From: a virus
Lineage: Duplodnaviria; Caudoviricetes
DNA length: 64,000 bases
Reading direction: 5' to 3' (one strand)
IMG/VR virus record: IMGVR_UViG_3300014205_000004
Location: 60,497 to 124,496 of that record
Under the pieces are notes generated by a model. The model did not search any database and was not told the origin of the DNA. It saw nothing but the letters and a program-made list of their open reading frames with translations. Positions 1-8,521 of the stretch are shown here, piece by piece (the first letter of the stretch is position 1; the number at the start of each line of letters is the position of its first letter). The position numbers and the translations under genes are program-made.

Positions 1-86
1 GGACACCGTTATCGAAGACGACAACGGCCACTGGGGCTTCGAGGTCGGGAACGTCATCCATCCTCGCAACCTCCCGGAGGTCGAAG

Positions 87-353
87 TTGTCTGAACTCTT
101 CATCTTCGTCATGGGGTGCTGGTTCATGGTCAACATCCTGGTTTGGTTCCGGGCGTTCTTCCCGGACCAGTTCGCCAAGCTGTTTGGTCTCGGTACGGCA
201 CGCTGCTGCCTCGCACCCGAGTACCGCGGTGACCAGCGTCCCATCGCCATGCATTCGAATTACGCCGCGATGTCCAGGGAGTGTATTGCCCCTTGCTGCG
301 ACCCCGACGGGTCAGCAGCGCGCAAAGCAATCGCAGCCGGGAAGGCAGAGTAG
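87..353 (+). CDS. hypothetical protein with N-terminal hydrophobic segment and Cys pairs
   Basis: TTG start preceded by GGAGG; 88-aa ORF with N-terminal hydrophobic stretch. Confidence 0.55.
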   Translation: MSELFIFVMGCWFMVNILVWFRAFFPDQFAKLFGLGTARCCLAPEYRGDQRPIAMHSNYAAMSRECIAPCCDPDGSAARKAIAAGKAE

Positions 354-355
354 CG

Positions 356-811
356 ATGCTCTTCAAATACCGTGTCCCCGGCGTTGCCGGCGATAACACT
401 GCCGACTACTGGGCGAATGCCATATGGGCGGAGCACAACCGGGAGCGTCGCGCTCTCGGCATCCCTCCTCTCACCCGCAGCCCGCTCCTGGACCAGGTAG
501 CGGCCATTCGTGACGACGACCTCGTCAACGAGGGCTACTTCTCCCACAACGACCCAAACAACAACCCCGGCAACTACCAGTCGGTCGCGGTCCAGCAGGG
601 CCTCGCGGTCTGGGGTTGGCTCGGGGAAAACCTTGCCATGAACAACTACAAGAACCCTCTGGCAGAGGCGTGGCGTGGACTCATGGCAAGCCCGACTCAC
701 CGCGACAACATCCTCACTCGTGACTTCACTCACCTGGGTGTGGCCGCGCGTATCCGCCCGGACGGGCTCTATGTCTTCGTCCTCATCTACGCGTCGAGTG
801 ACCAGCTGTGA
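356..811 (+). CDS. CAP/SCP (YkwD-like) domain protein
   Basis: Motifs GYFSH, GENLA and LMASPTHRDNIL...FTHLGVA are typical of the CAP superfamily; start placed at ATG 356. Confidence 0.85.
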   Translation: MLFKYRVPGVAGDNTADYWANAIWAEHNRERRALGIPPLTRSPLLDQVAAIRDDDLVNEGYFSHNDPNNNPGNYQSVAVQQGLAVWGWLGENLAMNNYKNPLAEAWRGLMASPTHRDNILTRDFTHLGVAARIRPDGLYVFVLIYASSDQL

Positions 812-1002
812 CCCTGATAGACGCCAGGAAGCTGGTCATCGAAGCCCTTGTCGAGGAGCGGCAGCTGCTCGAAGAGGCCGGCATACCGCCCTCCTACAGG
901 GAGGATGTCTCACTCATGCAAGAACTCTGTCTGGATGACGAGGAAATCCTGGAGGCAGTCGTGAAGCTCGTGCTCGCAGACCTGGGGGTACGTCCGGACT
1001 GA
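808..1002 (+). CDS. small acidic hypothetical protein
   Basis: Overlaps both neighbours (GTGA and TGATG coupling). Confidence 0.6.
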   Translation: MTLIDARKLVIEALVEERQLLEEAGIPPSYREDVSLMQELCLDDEEILEAVVKLVLADLGVRPD

Positions 1003-1295
1003 TGGAACGCTACAGCAAAAACAACGCCTGCCCGAAGTGCTCATACGGACCCAGCCCGCGCCTGCCAATCACAACAACCTACCACTTCAATCGGTGCCAG
1101 CTGGTGCCAGACGACGACATCGTGGAGCACTTCGACCGGCAGTGCCCACGGTGTAGCTACCTGTGGGCGGAACAAACGTTGAGTACGCCGAGGAACTGGC
1201 TCGAACGGCACGTCGTGGTCACGACAGAGCTGGCGTTCGCGCTCGGTGGGGTTGCCGGAGGCGTCGTCTTCTTTCTTACGGAGGGATCATTGTGA
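1002..1295 (+). CDS. Zn-ribbon protein with C-terminal hydrophobic segment
   Basis: CPKC...CPRC motifs; coupled start and stop. Confidence 0.6.
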   Translation: MERYSKNNACPKCSYGPSPRLPITTTYHFNRCQLVPDDDIVEHFDRQCPRCSYLWAEQTLSTPRNWLERHVVVTTELAFALGGVAGGVVFFLTEGSL

Positions 1296-2218
1296 AACGC
1301 ATCCTCGCTCTCTCGCCCGACCTCAGCATCAAGGGCTTCGTCAACATCCGGCCGGACGCGCAGTTCACCTTCCCTGGTGGCGAGCGCCACGTGGACATCA
1401 GCAGCTACCTGCCGTCCGGGTCACCCGCGCGGCTGAAAGCGTACGTGTCCTCTCGCCTGGAGACGTCTGACGACCTCATGGACCTGCTCCTGGCTGTCGA
1501 CGCCCTCCAGCGCCGGTACGTCGGTATCCGGATCGCTGCGTACCTTCCGTACATCCCCTACGGAAGGCAGGACCGCTACCAGGAAATAGGTACGCCGTTC
1601 AGCCTCGCCGTAGCGGCCCAACTCATCAACTCCTGCAACTTCGCGTCGGTGCACACCCTTGACCCGCACTCCAGGGTCACAAGGGAACTCATCAAGAACC
1701 TGCGCGTAATGCCGATCGATCCCTTCTACATGTTGGCGATCGACAACCTCAGCTATGAGTGGGACGAGAGCAAGGGCATCTACATCTTCAACGAAGATGT
1801 CCCGGTTTTCGTCGCTCCGGATGAAGGCGCTGCAACGAAGCTGCCACCAAGGTACCTCGTTGACGACGGCGAGGACTGCTCGGTCATCTACGCCAAGAAG
1901 ACGCGTGACCCGCTATCCGGAATGGTAACGCCTCGCCTCGACGACCTGGTCTGGACGTACGGCAGCACCCGGCCAGCACTCATCATCGACGACATCTGCG
2001 ACGGTGGGGCGAGCTTCACCACACTCGCCAGGGCACTCAAAGCCGCGGGCGCACCCAGGGTGTACCTGTTTGTCACCCACGGGATCTTCTCGAAGGGGCT
2101 CCAGCCTCTGCGTGACGCCGGTATTGACCGCGTCTTCACGACCAACTCCCGGAGCTTCGTGCCTTCGACAGACGAAGACCAAAAGTTCCTCAGCATCTAC
2201 CGAATAGCGAAGGGGTAA
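1292..2218 (+). CDS. ribose-phosphate pyrophosphokinase-like protein (candidate ADPR-PP synthetase, Adps)
   Basis: FPGGE, PYIPYGRQDR, LDPHS, VAPDEGA, IIDDICDGGASF and VTHGIFSKG match the Prs fold; GTG start at 1292. Confidence 0.9.
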   Translation: MKRILALSPDLSIKGFVNIRPDAQFTFPGGERHVDISSYLPSGSPARLKAYVSSRLETSDDLMDLLLAVDALQRRYVGIRIAAYLPYIPYGRQDRYQEIGTPFSLAVAAQLINSCNFASVHTLDPHSRVTRELIKNLRVMPIDPFYMLAIDNLSYEWDESKGIYIFNEDVPVFVAPDEGAATKLPPRYLVDDGEDCSVIYAKKTRDPLSGMVTPRLDDLVWTYGSTRPALIIDDICDGGASFTTLARALKAAGAPRVYLFVTHGIFSKGLQPLRDAGIDRVFTTNSRSFVPSTDEDQKFLSIYRIAKG

Positions 2219-2220
2219 CA

Positions 2221-3681
2221 GTGACCACCCAACGAAACGTCCTGGAGTGTACCGACGTCTACAAGCTCGGACACCTCCTGCAGTACCCGGAAGGTACCGA
2301 CTACATCTACTCCTACCTGCAGGCGCGTACGGACAAGAAGTTGCCCGAGACCGTCTTCTTCGGGCTTCAGTACTACCTCACGGAGTACCTCGCGAAGCGG
2401 ATCAGCCACTTCGACGTGGACAAGCTCGTGCAGATCCATGAAGTCATCCTCGGCCCGGTGCGCCCGGCGATGCTCGACAAGCTCTACGCTCTGGCGAACC
2501 TCGGGTACTGGCCGATCTCCATCAAGGCCGTACCTGAAGGCACCGTCGTGCCCGTCCAGAACGTCCTCATGACCATCACCAACACCGTCCCTGGCTTCGG
2601 CTGGTGCGTCGGGTTCCTCGAAAGCCTTCTCCTGAAGGTCTGGAACACGATCACCGTGGCCTCGTACTCGCTCCGGCTCCGCCGGCTCGTCAACGCCTTT
2701 GCCGAAGCAACGTGCGACGACTTCAGCCACCTTCCCTTCCAGGTCCATGACTTCGGCTACCGCGGCGTGTCCTCCGAGGAGACCGCCGAGTTGGCCGGCG
2801 CTGCGCACCTGCTCAACTTCTACGGCAGTGATACGGTCCCGGCCGTGCGCATGCTGATGAAGTACTACGACGCGCACTTCCCGATTGCGCTGAGCGTGCC
2901 GGCCACCGAGCACTCGGTCATGTGCTCGACCGGGCCCGGCGGCGAGTTCGACGCATTCGAACGCCTCATGTTCCGCACGTACCCGGACGGCATCGTCTCG
3001 ATCGTATCGGACACCTACGACCTCTGGCGCGTCCTCACCCAGTACGTGCCGCGGCTCGGGCGCAGGATTCTCCAGCGCAACGGCAAGGTCGTGTTCCGGC
3101 CCGACAGCGGTGACCCGGTGAAGGTGATCTGCGGTGACCCGACCGCGGCACCGGGAACGCCGCAACATCGTGGCGCACTGAACATCCTCTGGGACACGTT
3201 TGGTGGGACCGTCAACAGCAAAGGCTACCGTGTCCTCGATCCGCACGTCGGCCTCATCTACGGCGACGGCTTCTTCTTCGAACGGTTCGAAGAGGTCCTG
3301 GGCCAGATGAAGGCGAACGGCTTCGCCAGTTCGAACCTGGTGGTCGGTATCGGCGGTCTCCTGCTCCAGGCGCACACGCGCGACGAGCTCGGGTTCGCCA
3401 TCAAGGCTACGTTCGCTGTCATCGACGGCGAGCCGGTCGAACTCTTCAAGGACCCGGTCACCGACTCCAAGAAGCGGTCTCACAAGGGCCGGCTGGCGCT
3501 TCACCTCGAAGACGGTGAGTGGGTGACCAAGCAGGGCGTGTCCGAGAGCGAAGAGAAGAACGGCCATCTGGTCGAGGTCTACCGAGACGGATGGATCCGT
3601 AAGCTGCAGTCCCTCGATGAGATCCGTAGCCGCATCGACGTTTCTACCGGTCTGCGGCCGCTCGAACTGGTGGCAGCATGA
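2221..3681 (+). CDS. nicotinamide phosphoribosyltransferase-like protein (candidate Namat)
   Basis: TDVYKLGH, HDFGYRG, SVPATEHSVM, SIVSDTYD, RPDSGDP, IYGDG, RD..GFAIKA and KDPVTD..K.S.KG are Nampt-family motifs. Confidence 0.93.
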   Translation: MTTQRNVLECTDVYKLGHLLQYPEGTDYIYSYLQARTDKKLPETVFFGLQYYLTEYLAKRISHFDVDKLVQIHEVILGPVRPAMLDKLYALANLGYWPISIKAVPEGTVVPVQNVLMTITNTVPGFGWCVGFLESLLLKVWNTITVASYSLRLRRLVNAFAEATCDDFSHLPFQVHDFGYRGVSSEETAELAGAAHLLNFYGSDTVPAVRMLMKYYDAHFPIALSVPATEHSVMCSTGPGGEFDAFERLMFRTYPDGIVSIVSDTYDLWRVLTQYVPRLGRRILQRNGKVVFRPDSGDPVKVICGDPTAAPGTPQHRGALNILWDTFGGTVNSKGYRVLDPHVGLIYGDGFFFERFEEVLGQMKANGFASSNLVVGIGGLLLQAHTRDELGFAIKATFAVIDGEPVELFKDPVTDSKKRSHKGRLALHLEDGEWVTKQGVSESEEKNGHLVEVYRDGWIRKLQSLDEIRSRIDVSTGLRPLELVAA

Positions 3682-4019
3682 ACGACCAACTGCTTCACAA
3701 GCGTCAGAACATCCAGTGGCTCCTCAATGCGGAGCGTCTGCGCCAGCTGGACCTTCAGCGTGAGGGCCGGTTCCAGTACACCTGCTCCGACCCGGAACTC
3801 TCTCCGGCCGAGCGCCTCGCGGTCCTCACAGAGGAGGTCGGCGAGGTAGCTCGACACGTCAACGACCACACCGACCACAGTGTCGACTGTCAGTCCGAGC
3901 TCATCCAGGTCGCGGCAGTTTGCCTGGCTTGGCTGGAGTCGTACAACAACTACGAACGTCAGGACCATGGCCGTGTGTCGCTTTCCGACTACGGCAAGAT
4001 CAACGATCAGCGCACGTAG
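3678..4019 (+). CDS. MazG-like nucleotide pyrophosphohydrolase
   Basis: LTEEVGEVA...ELIQVAAVCLAWLE motif. Confidence 0.8.
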   Translation: MNDQLLHKRQNIQWLLNAERLRQLDLQREGRFQYTCSDPELSPAERLAVLTEEVGEVARHVNDHTDHSVDCQSELIQVAAVCLAWLESYNNYERQDHGRVSLSDYGKINDQRT

Positions 4020-4041
4020 TAAACTACGTACGTAGACACGG

Positions 4042-4120
4042 CCGCATGTAGTTCAGGTAGTGATGAACGCCGGGGGTTCAGACCCGGATGTCGCTGGGGC
4101 AGGTCCAGTCATGCGGTCCA
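4042..4120 (+). tRNA. aberrant tRNA / tRNA-like gene; 8-nt anticodon loop GGUUCAGA (UCA anticodon after U33); encoded CCA
   Basis: Acceptor CCGCATG/CATGCGG + T + CCA; U8-A9; D stem GTTC/GAAC; anticodon stem CCGGG/CCCGG; 5-nt variable loop; T stem GCTGG/CCAGT with non-canonical loop GGCAGGT. Confidence 0.75.
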
Positions 4121-4231
4121 TATGGAGAACACAGATGCGTCCTCGCTGAATACAACCTTAGCCGCTCACCCCCGGTAGCGAGTCTTCGCACGAATCGACA
4201 ACAACTCGACAGCAACATCAGGAGACCAAGG

Positions 4232-4693
4232 GTGTCTAACTCAGGACTTGACCACATCAGGGTCAAAATCATCAATCAGGGCGACGAAGCCCGCACGATC
4301 GCCGCGCAGGAACGCCGGCTCGCCAAGAAGCTCAAGCGCGCTCGCGAGCGTGCAGTCCCCATGGAGCACATCTGCGACCTGGAGGGTCGCATCACGTCAC
4401 TGCGGAACCACCGGCGCATGCCTCTCCGCAGCGACACGCGCGCCGCAAACGTCGCGTACGCGTACCTCCGCAACAAGGCCTACCGCCAGGTGGAGCAGTC
4501 CGCAATCACGTCGCCGGACTGGGACAAGGCCAAGGCCATGGTCGTCCGGTTCTCGGGCTACATGAACGCCGACATGAAGGCATGGAAGATGATGGACTTC
4601 GAGCAGTGGGCGAAGACGGGCGTCGAGACGCCGCGGTACTGCGCTCCCCCGAAGCCCAAGAAGCCTTATGTGCGGGAAACCGCCGCGGCCTGA
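4232..4693 (+). CDS. basic phage protein of unknown function
   Basis: GGAG RBS then GTG 4232; motif LRNHRR..LR...R...VAYAYLR.K.Y..VE resembles a recurrent phage hypothetical family (from recall, not searched). Confidence 0.7.
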   Translation: MSNSGLDHIRVKIINQGDEARTIAAQERRLAKKLKRARERAVPMEHICDLEGRITSLRNHRRMPLRSDTRAANVAYAYLRNKAYRQVEQSAITSPDWDKAKAMVVRFSGYMNADMKAWKMMDFEQWAKTGVETPRYCAPPKPKKPYVRETAAA

Positions 4694-4711
4694 CACGCAG
4701 CGACGAAACGT

Positions 4712-4742
4712 AAAAGCCGGGACCATGTGGCCCCGGCTTTTT
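4712..4742. terminator. bidirectional intrinsic terminator
   Basis: AAAAGCCGGG...CCCGGCTTTTT between convergent genes. Confidence 0.8.
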
Positions 4743-5041
4743 CACGTACCTGCGAGTGGCTTTCGTTTCACTTTGCGGACGTGTAGCCCGGCAGAATCTT
4801 TGACGAGGTCGATGTCTACGCGATGTTCGCTGGACAGAGCATGAACGAACCTTCGAAGGGCGTACTCAGTCACCCCTGGTGGTGCACGGAATGTCTCTTG
4901 CACTGCACTGGCGTCCAGGAAGAACGCGGCGATGGTCTCCCGGATCTCTGCTGGTAGGGGCCTTCCGCCCTGGCTGCTGAATTGCTTTCGTATCTCAGGG
5001 GGCACGTACACGGAGTCAAGCTCGCGCCAGGAATCATCCAC
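4742..5041 (-). CDS. hypothetical protein, oppositely oriented (possible regulator)
   Basis: Only plausible minus-strand gene in the left arm; GTG start just downstream of TTGACT-17-TATCTA. Confidence 0.5.
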   Translation of the reverse strand: MDDSWRELDSVYVPPEIRKQFSSQGGRPLPAEIRETIAAFFLDASAVQETFRAPPGVTEYALRRFVHALSSEHRVDIDLVKDSAGLHVRKVKRKPLAGT

Positions 5042-5118
5042 ACGACATAGATACGCACAAAACGTAGGTAAGTCAAGGGAAATCCCTGATAGACACAGGA
5101 TTGCCACAGACGCGCGTC

Positions 5119-5147
5119 TTGCGTTCTGAGTATTCCTAACGTAGTCT
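5119..5147 (+). promoter_or_regulatory. putative sigma70-type promoter
   Basis: TTGCGT-17 nt-TAGTCT upstream of 5178. Confidence 0.45.
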
Positions 5148-5177
5148 GAATGAAGCCTAACTGAGGATACTTACGCT

Positions 5178-5564
5178 TTGACAGCTGAACGCTTGGAAGC
5201 CTCGGTCATCGCCATCGGCGGGACCTTCCACCACATCGTTCGTGCCATGTACGACGACGAACAGAAGACCCTTCAGGTCATCACCAACACCAAGGACGTC
5301 TTGAACTACGTCGGCGTCGTCAACCTGCGCCACGGCCAGTACCTGGTCGATGGTGTGCTCCGCTGGGGCATCAACCCGACTGTCGCCTCTGGCGAAGACG
5401 TAGCCCCCGAAGTCGTCGCCGAAGCCATCGCCGACACTGTCGCGGCTGTCGCGGCCGTCGCCGACACTGTCGCGGCCGTCGCCGACACTGTCGCGGCCGT
5501 CGCCGACGCTGGCGAAGCTGCCGAAGACTCGGGGGCGCGCCGTGGCCGACGGAACGCGGAATAG
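5178..5564 (+). CDS. hypothetical protein with ADTVAAV repeats
   Basis: GAGGA RBS and TTG start; low-complexity C-terminus. Confidence 0.65.
   Translation: MTAERLEASVIAIGGTFHHIVRAMYDDEQKTLQVITNTKDVLNYVGVVNLRHGQYLVDGVLRWGINPTVASGEDVAPEVVAEAIADTVAAVAAVADTVAAVADTVAAVADAGEAAEDSGARRGRRNAE
5430..5507 (+). repeat. in-frame 21-bp tandem repeat (GCCGACACTGTCGCGGCCGTC)
   Basis: About 3.5 near-identical copies visible. Confidence 0.85.
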
Positions 5565-5901
5565 CGACGTCGTCCTAGCGCACCTGAACCAGCGTGCTTA
5601 CGACTGGGACTCAGACGTGCCGGACACCTGGGAGCACGGCGACTACTGGCTGCTGTACGACGCGACGGACGCGTCCGACTACGCGGACGTGATCGGCATC
5701 ATGGCGGTGTGCCCCTACCAGCTTCATCCGCATCAGCACGCATTCCTCTTCCGCGACATTGGCGCAAGCCACGTGGTTGATGGGGAGTTCGAGAACCTCG
5801 ACGGACTCGACGCACGCAAGGACGGTTGCCCCTTCGTTGGGCGAATCGTCAACAGCAAATGGGAAGGTGGCATCCAGTATGGCGGCACAGCCAATTCCTA
5901 G
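5542..5901 (+). CDS. hypothetical protein
   Basis: 119-aa ORF with phage-like codon usage, overlapping its neighbours. Confidence 0.6.
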   Translation: MADGTRNSDVVLAHLNQRAYDWDSDVPDTWEHGDYWLLYDATDASDYADVIGIMAVCPYQLHPHQHAFLFRDIGASHVVDGEFENLDGLDARKDGCPFVGRIVNSKWEGGIQYGGTANS

Positions 5902-6052
5902 CGGCATGCGCGTCTGCATGAAGTGCCGCGAGGTCCTCCCCCTCGACTACTACAGGATCGTGACGGACGTGGGTAAGCCCATGTGCCAGTGGTGTGAGGA
6001 CAACCCCAAGAAAAGCAAGCAAGCCGAAGGAGCGCTGCAATCTCGATGGTAA
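5879..6052 (+). CDS. small Zn-finger protein
   Basis: CMKC...CQWC; ATG 5879 after GGAAGG. Confidence 0.5.
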   Translation: MAAQPIPSGMRVCMKCREVLPLDYYRIVTDVGKPMCQWCEDNPKKSKQAEGALQSRW

Positions 6053-6504
6053 CGACGATTTATCTTGCCGGCCCGGTCGCCGGAGAAACCCTCGCTGCGG
6101 CTGGCAACTGGCGACGCACGGTCGCCGCGTATTTGGACGAATGCGGATTCCGCGTGCTTGACCCGCTCCGCGCCAAGTACGACGTCATCGGCCAGGACGG
6201 CGGTCCTCTCAAGGACAGCTACAGCGGCATCCTGGGTTCTGGCTCGAAGGCGATCTTCGAGCGGGACCTTTACGACGTCCGCCAGGCGGACATCGTCCTC
6301 GCCAACTTCACCGAAGCGAAGAAGGTGTCGATCGGCACGGTCTACGAAGTAGCCGTCGCACACGAGCTCCGCAAGTACGTCGCCGTCTGCATGCGGACAA
6401 ATGACCCCTTCCACGACCACCCCTTCATCCATGAGTCCGCCAGCATCATTGTGCCGGACCTCTGGGATACGGTGTTCCAACTCGTCAAGGAGTTCTCCGC
6501 ATGA
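6046..6504 (+). CDS. nucleoside 2-deoxyribosyltransferase-like / nucleotide N-glycosidase
   Basis: IYLAGP, RDLYDVRQADIVLA and SIGTVYEVAVA match the NDT/Rcl fold. Confidence 0.8.
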   Translation: MVTTIYLAGPVAGETLAAAGNWRRTVAAYLDECGFRVLDPLRAKYDVIGQDGGPLKDSYSGILGSGSKAIFERDLYDVRQADIVLANFTEAKKVSIGTVYEVAVAHELRKYVAVCMRTNDPFHDHPFIHESASIIVPDLWDTVFQLVKEFSA

Positions 6505-6746
6505 GTGTGTGGCTCCAGGCGAACATTTCGCAGAAGCACCTCAACGCATTCCTGACGGTGTACGAGAACATGTACTCGGACGCCCCGGAAGGGTTCTTCA
6601 AGACCGTCGAGTCTGAGCTCGTGAAGGGCCGCGTGGACCTCGGTTGGCCGCGGCTGAAGGCAGTATGTTTCCGCCTTGGTATCCGGCCCACGTGCCTTGA
6701 AGTCAACGCGTTCGTCCGCGCATCGCAGGATGCGCTAAGTGACTGA
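6501..6746 (+). CDS. hypothetical protein
   Basis: ATGA-coupled to the upstream gene, with AGGAG RBS. Confidence 0.6.
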   Translation: MSVWLQANISQKHLNAFLTVYENMYSDAPEGFFKTVESELVKGRVDLGWPRLKAVCFRLGIRPTCLEVNAFVRASQDALSD

Positions 6747-6908
6747 CGTCTCGTTCTACCTCATGGCGTTGATAGCGAGCATCGCACTGGTAGGGAATTG
6801 GAAACGCTGATAAGGCTCAACATCCGCTACGCCTGGGCCCGGTGGCTTACCGGATGGGCACTCACTGGCGGCATCATGGTCATCATGATGTACTCCCGCG
6901 TCACCAAG

Positions 6909-6938
6909 AAGACCCGCTCCCCATAAGGGCGGGTCTTT
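6909..6938 (+). terminator. putative intrinsic terminator
   Basis: AAGACCCGC...GCGGGTCTTT hairpin. Confidence 0.55.
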
Positions 6939-7018
6939 GGTTTACCCTGTAGTAGACACCGTTTTCATTCATACAGCCCACAACACAGGGTGCGAAATCC
7001 ACTACAGGAGCGCACCCG

Positions 7019-7486
7019 TTGACCGCTGATGTCCACAGGGAGTCCACACTCCATTCCGGCGAAGTCACGCTAATCCTCGCGGCCATAAACGCCGGGCGAG
7101 AGGACACGCGAGAACTCGACCGCAAGTTTGAAGAACACCGTCGCGACGTCGCAGAACGCTTCGATCAGGGCACCAAGAAGATGGACGCCCAGGAAGCCAT
7201 CATCCGCAGCCTCGTTGAGCGTGAGACGGAACGCAACGGGGACGTCAAGAAGCTGGTAGCGGACTACTACGCGAGGAAACAGGAACGCGTCGAGATCCAG
7301 AAGTTCACCGAAGGCCGGCAGAGCATCACCTCGAAGTTCCGCGCCGTCGTGGTCGACGTCGTCAAGGAAGCCAAGAAGCCCGTCCTGTATGCGCTGTTGG
7401 TCGTCCCTGTCGCCTTTGGCTGGCCGCTACTGACCCAGGCCGGCTCACTCATCGCCGCGGCGTTTGGAGTGTGGATGCCGTGGTAG
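7019..7486 (+). CDS. coiled-coil membrane protein in the lysis cassette
   Basis: AGGAG RBS and TTG start; C-terminal hydrophobic segments; precedes the endolysin. Confidence 0.6.
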   Translation: MTADVHRESTLHSGEVTLILAAINAGREDTRELDRKFEEHRRDVAERFDQGTKKMDAQEAIIRSLVERETERNGDVKKLVADYYARKQERVEIQKFTEGRQSITSKFRAVVVDVVKEAKKPVLYALLVVPVAFGWPLLTQAGSLIAAAFGVWMPW

Positions 7487-8211
7487 ACCTGATACTCCTG
7501 CCGCCGATCGTTGGTTGGACCACCGGTCGGTTCGGCCAGTCGGACGATGGGTGGACTCCGGAGAACCCGCACCGCGGCTACGACATTTCCGGGCCGGAAG
7601 GTACCAAGATTATGGCCCCGTGTGACGGGCGCGTCGTGGACTTCACGAACTACGGCGACTTTGGTCCGCACGCGGTCTGCATCGACTACGACGGCAAAGG
7701 GAACTGGTTCGTTCTGCTCGCGCACTGCAGCAAGTCGTACGTCTCGATCGGCCAGTGGGTGACTATGGGCCAGGCGATCGCGGAGGTCGGCCACGAGGGC
7801 AAGGCGTACGGCGACCACGTCCACATCCAGGTCTGCAAGAACACTCTCTTCAGCACAAACCTCAGCGACTCAATTGACCCTGAGCCGCTCTTCATCACGG
7901 AGGATGAAATGGAACGGCTTTCACGCATTGAGCGAATCGTCGCAGGGTACGGTATGACTGTCGTTCCCTGGGCGAACGACCCGTCGATCGGCAAGGAGTA
8001 CTGGGTGGAGCACCTCTTCCCTGCCGGTACGGCCTTCGTGGCTGCCGACGACCCGCGGCCGTACGACAAGATGGTGACCATCACCGGCGACAACGCGCTC
8101 GAATACTGCGACCGCCGCGGCTGGAGCCTCGGTATGGGGCTCGGGCAGGCGCGTGAGAACATCCGTCGGCACTACGACGCGCACGCCAACGCTGGCACGG
8201 CCATCGAGTGA
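7471..8211 (+). CDS. M23 family peptidase (endolysin)
   Basis: HRGYD, APCDGRV, AHCS, GQAIAEVG and HVHIQV are the M23 HxxxD/HxH zinc motifs; exact start uncertain (7471 or 7480). Confidence 0.85.
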   Translation: MDAVVDLILLPPIVGWTTGRFGQSDDGWTPENPHRGYDISGPEGTKIMAPCDGRVVDFTNYGDFGPHAVCIDYDGKGNWFVLLAHCSKSYVSIGQWVTMGQAIAEVGHEGKAYGDHVHIQVCKNTLFSTNLSDSIDPEPLFITEDEMERLSRIERIVAGYGMTVVPWANDPSIGKEYWVEHLFPAGTAFVAADDPRPYDKMVTITGDNALEYCDRRGWSLGMGLGQARENIRRHYDAHANAGTAIE

Positions 8212-8519
8212 ACGCCCGTCCCACAATCCTGAGCTCAATCCTGGGCATCCTCGTCGTGATGCTCACCGGTCCGATGCTCCTGCTCGGCACGGTCAACGAC
8301 GACAACTGCCCCGACCCAGCCGCCCCCACGGTCCAGCGCGAGTGCTTCGAGCTGCTTACCGATGGCGACTTTCACAAGCGCGTAGCAGCCGCAGCTATCG
8401 CCGGTATCGCGGATCCCTGGCAGGAACTCGCCGGCGGTCTCTTGACGATGTTCGGTATCCCGGCATTCCTGTCGGTCGTGAAGCGCGACGGTAAGGACGA
8501 AATCAAGGAAGAAGGTTAG
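8208..8519 (+). CDS. membrane protein (holin-like)
   Basis: Two hydrophobic helices and a charged C-terminus; follows the endolysin. Confidence 0.55.
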   Translation: MNARPTILSSILGILVVMLTGPMLLLGTVNDDNCPDPAAPTVQRECFELLTDGDFHKRVAAAAIAGIADPWQELAGGLLTMFGIPAFLSVVKRDGKDEIKEEG

Positions 8520-8521
8520 TC

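Noticed and set aside
2197-3567. Long antisense ORFs (also 9354-10373, 14335-15615, 15567-17231, 27596-29083, 57769-58755)
   Set aside because: They are shadows of strongly GC3-biased genes on the opposite strand, with no RBS or recognisable motifs.
4042-4120. Selenocysteine tRNA interpretation
   Set aside because: No long variable arm, a 7-bp acceptor plus 5-bp T stem, and no sel genes or in-frame UGA selenoprotein candidate seen.
4121-4231. Second structured RNA downstream of the tRNA-like gene
   Set aside because: Only short hairpins and a small TCGACA repeat; no convincing fold or family motif.
5430-5507. CRISPR array
   Set aside because: The repeats are contiguous, lack spacers and are in frame within a CDS; no cas genes.
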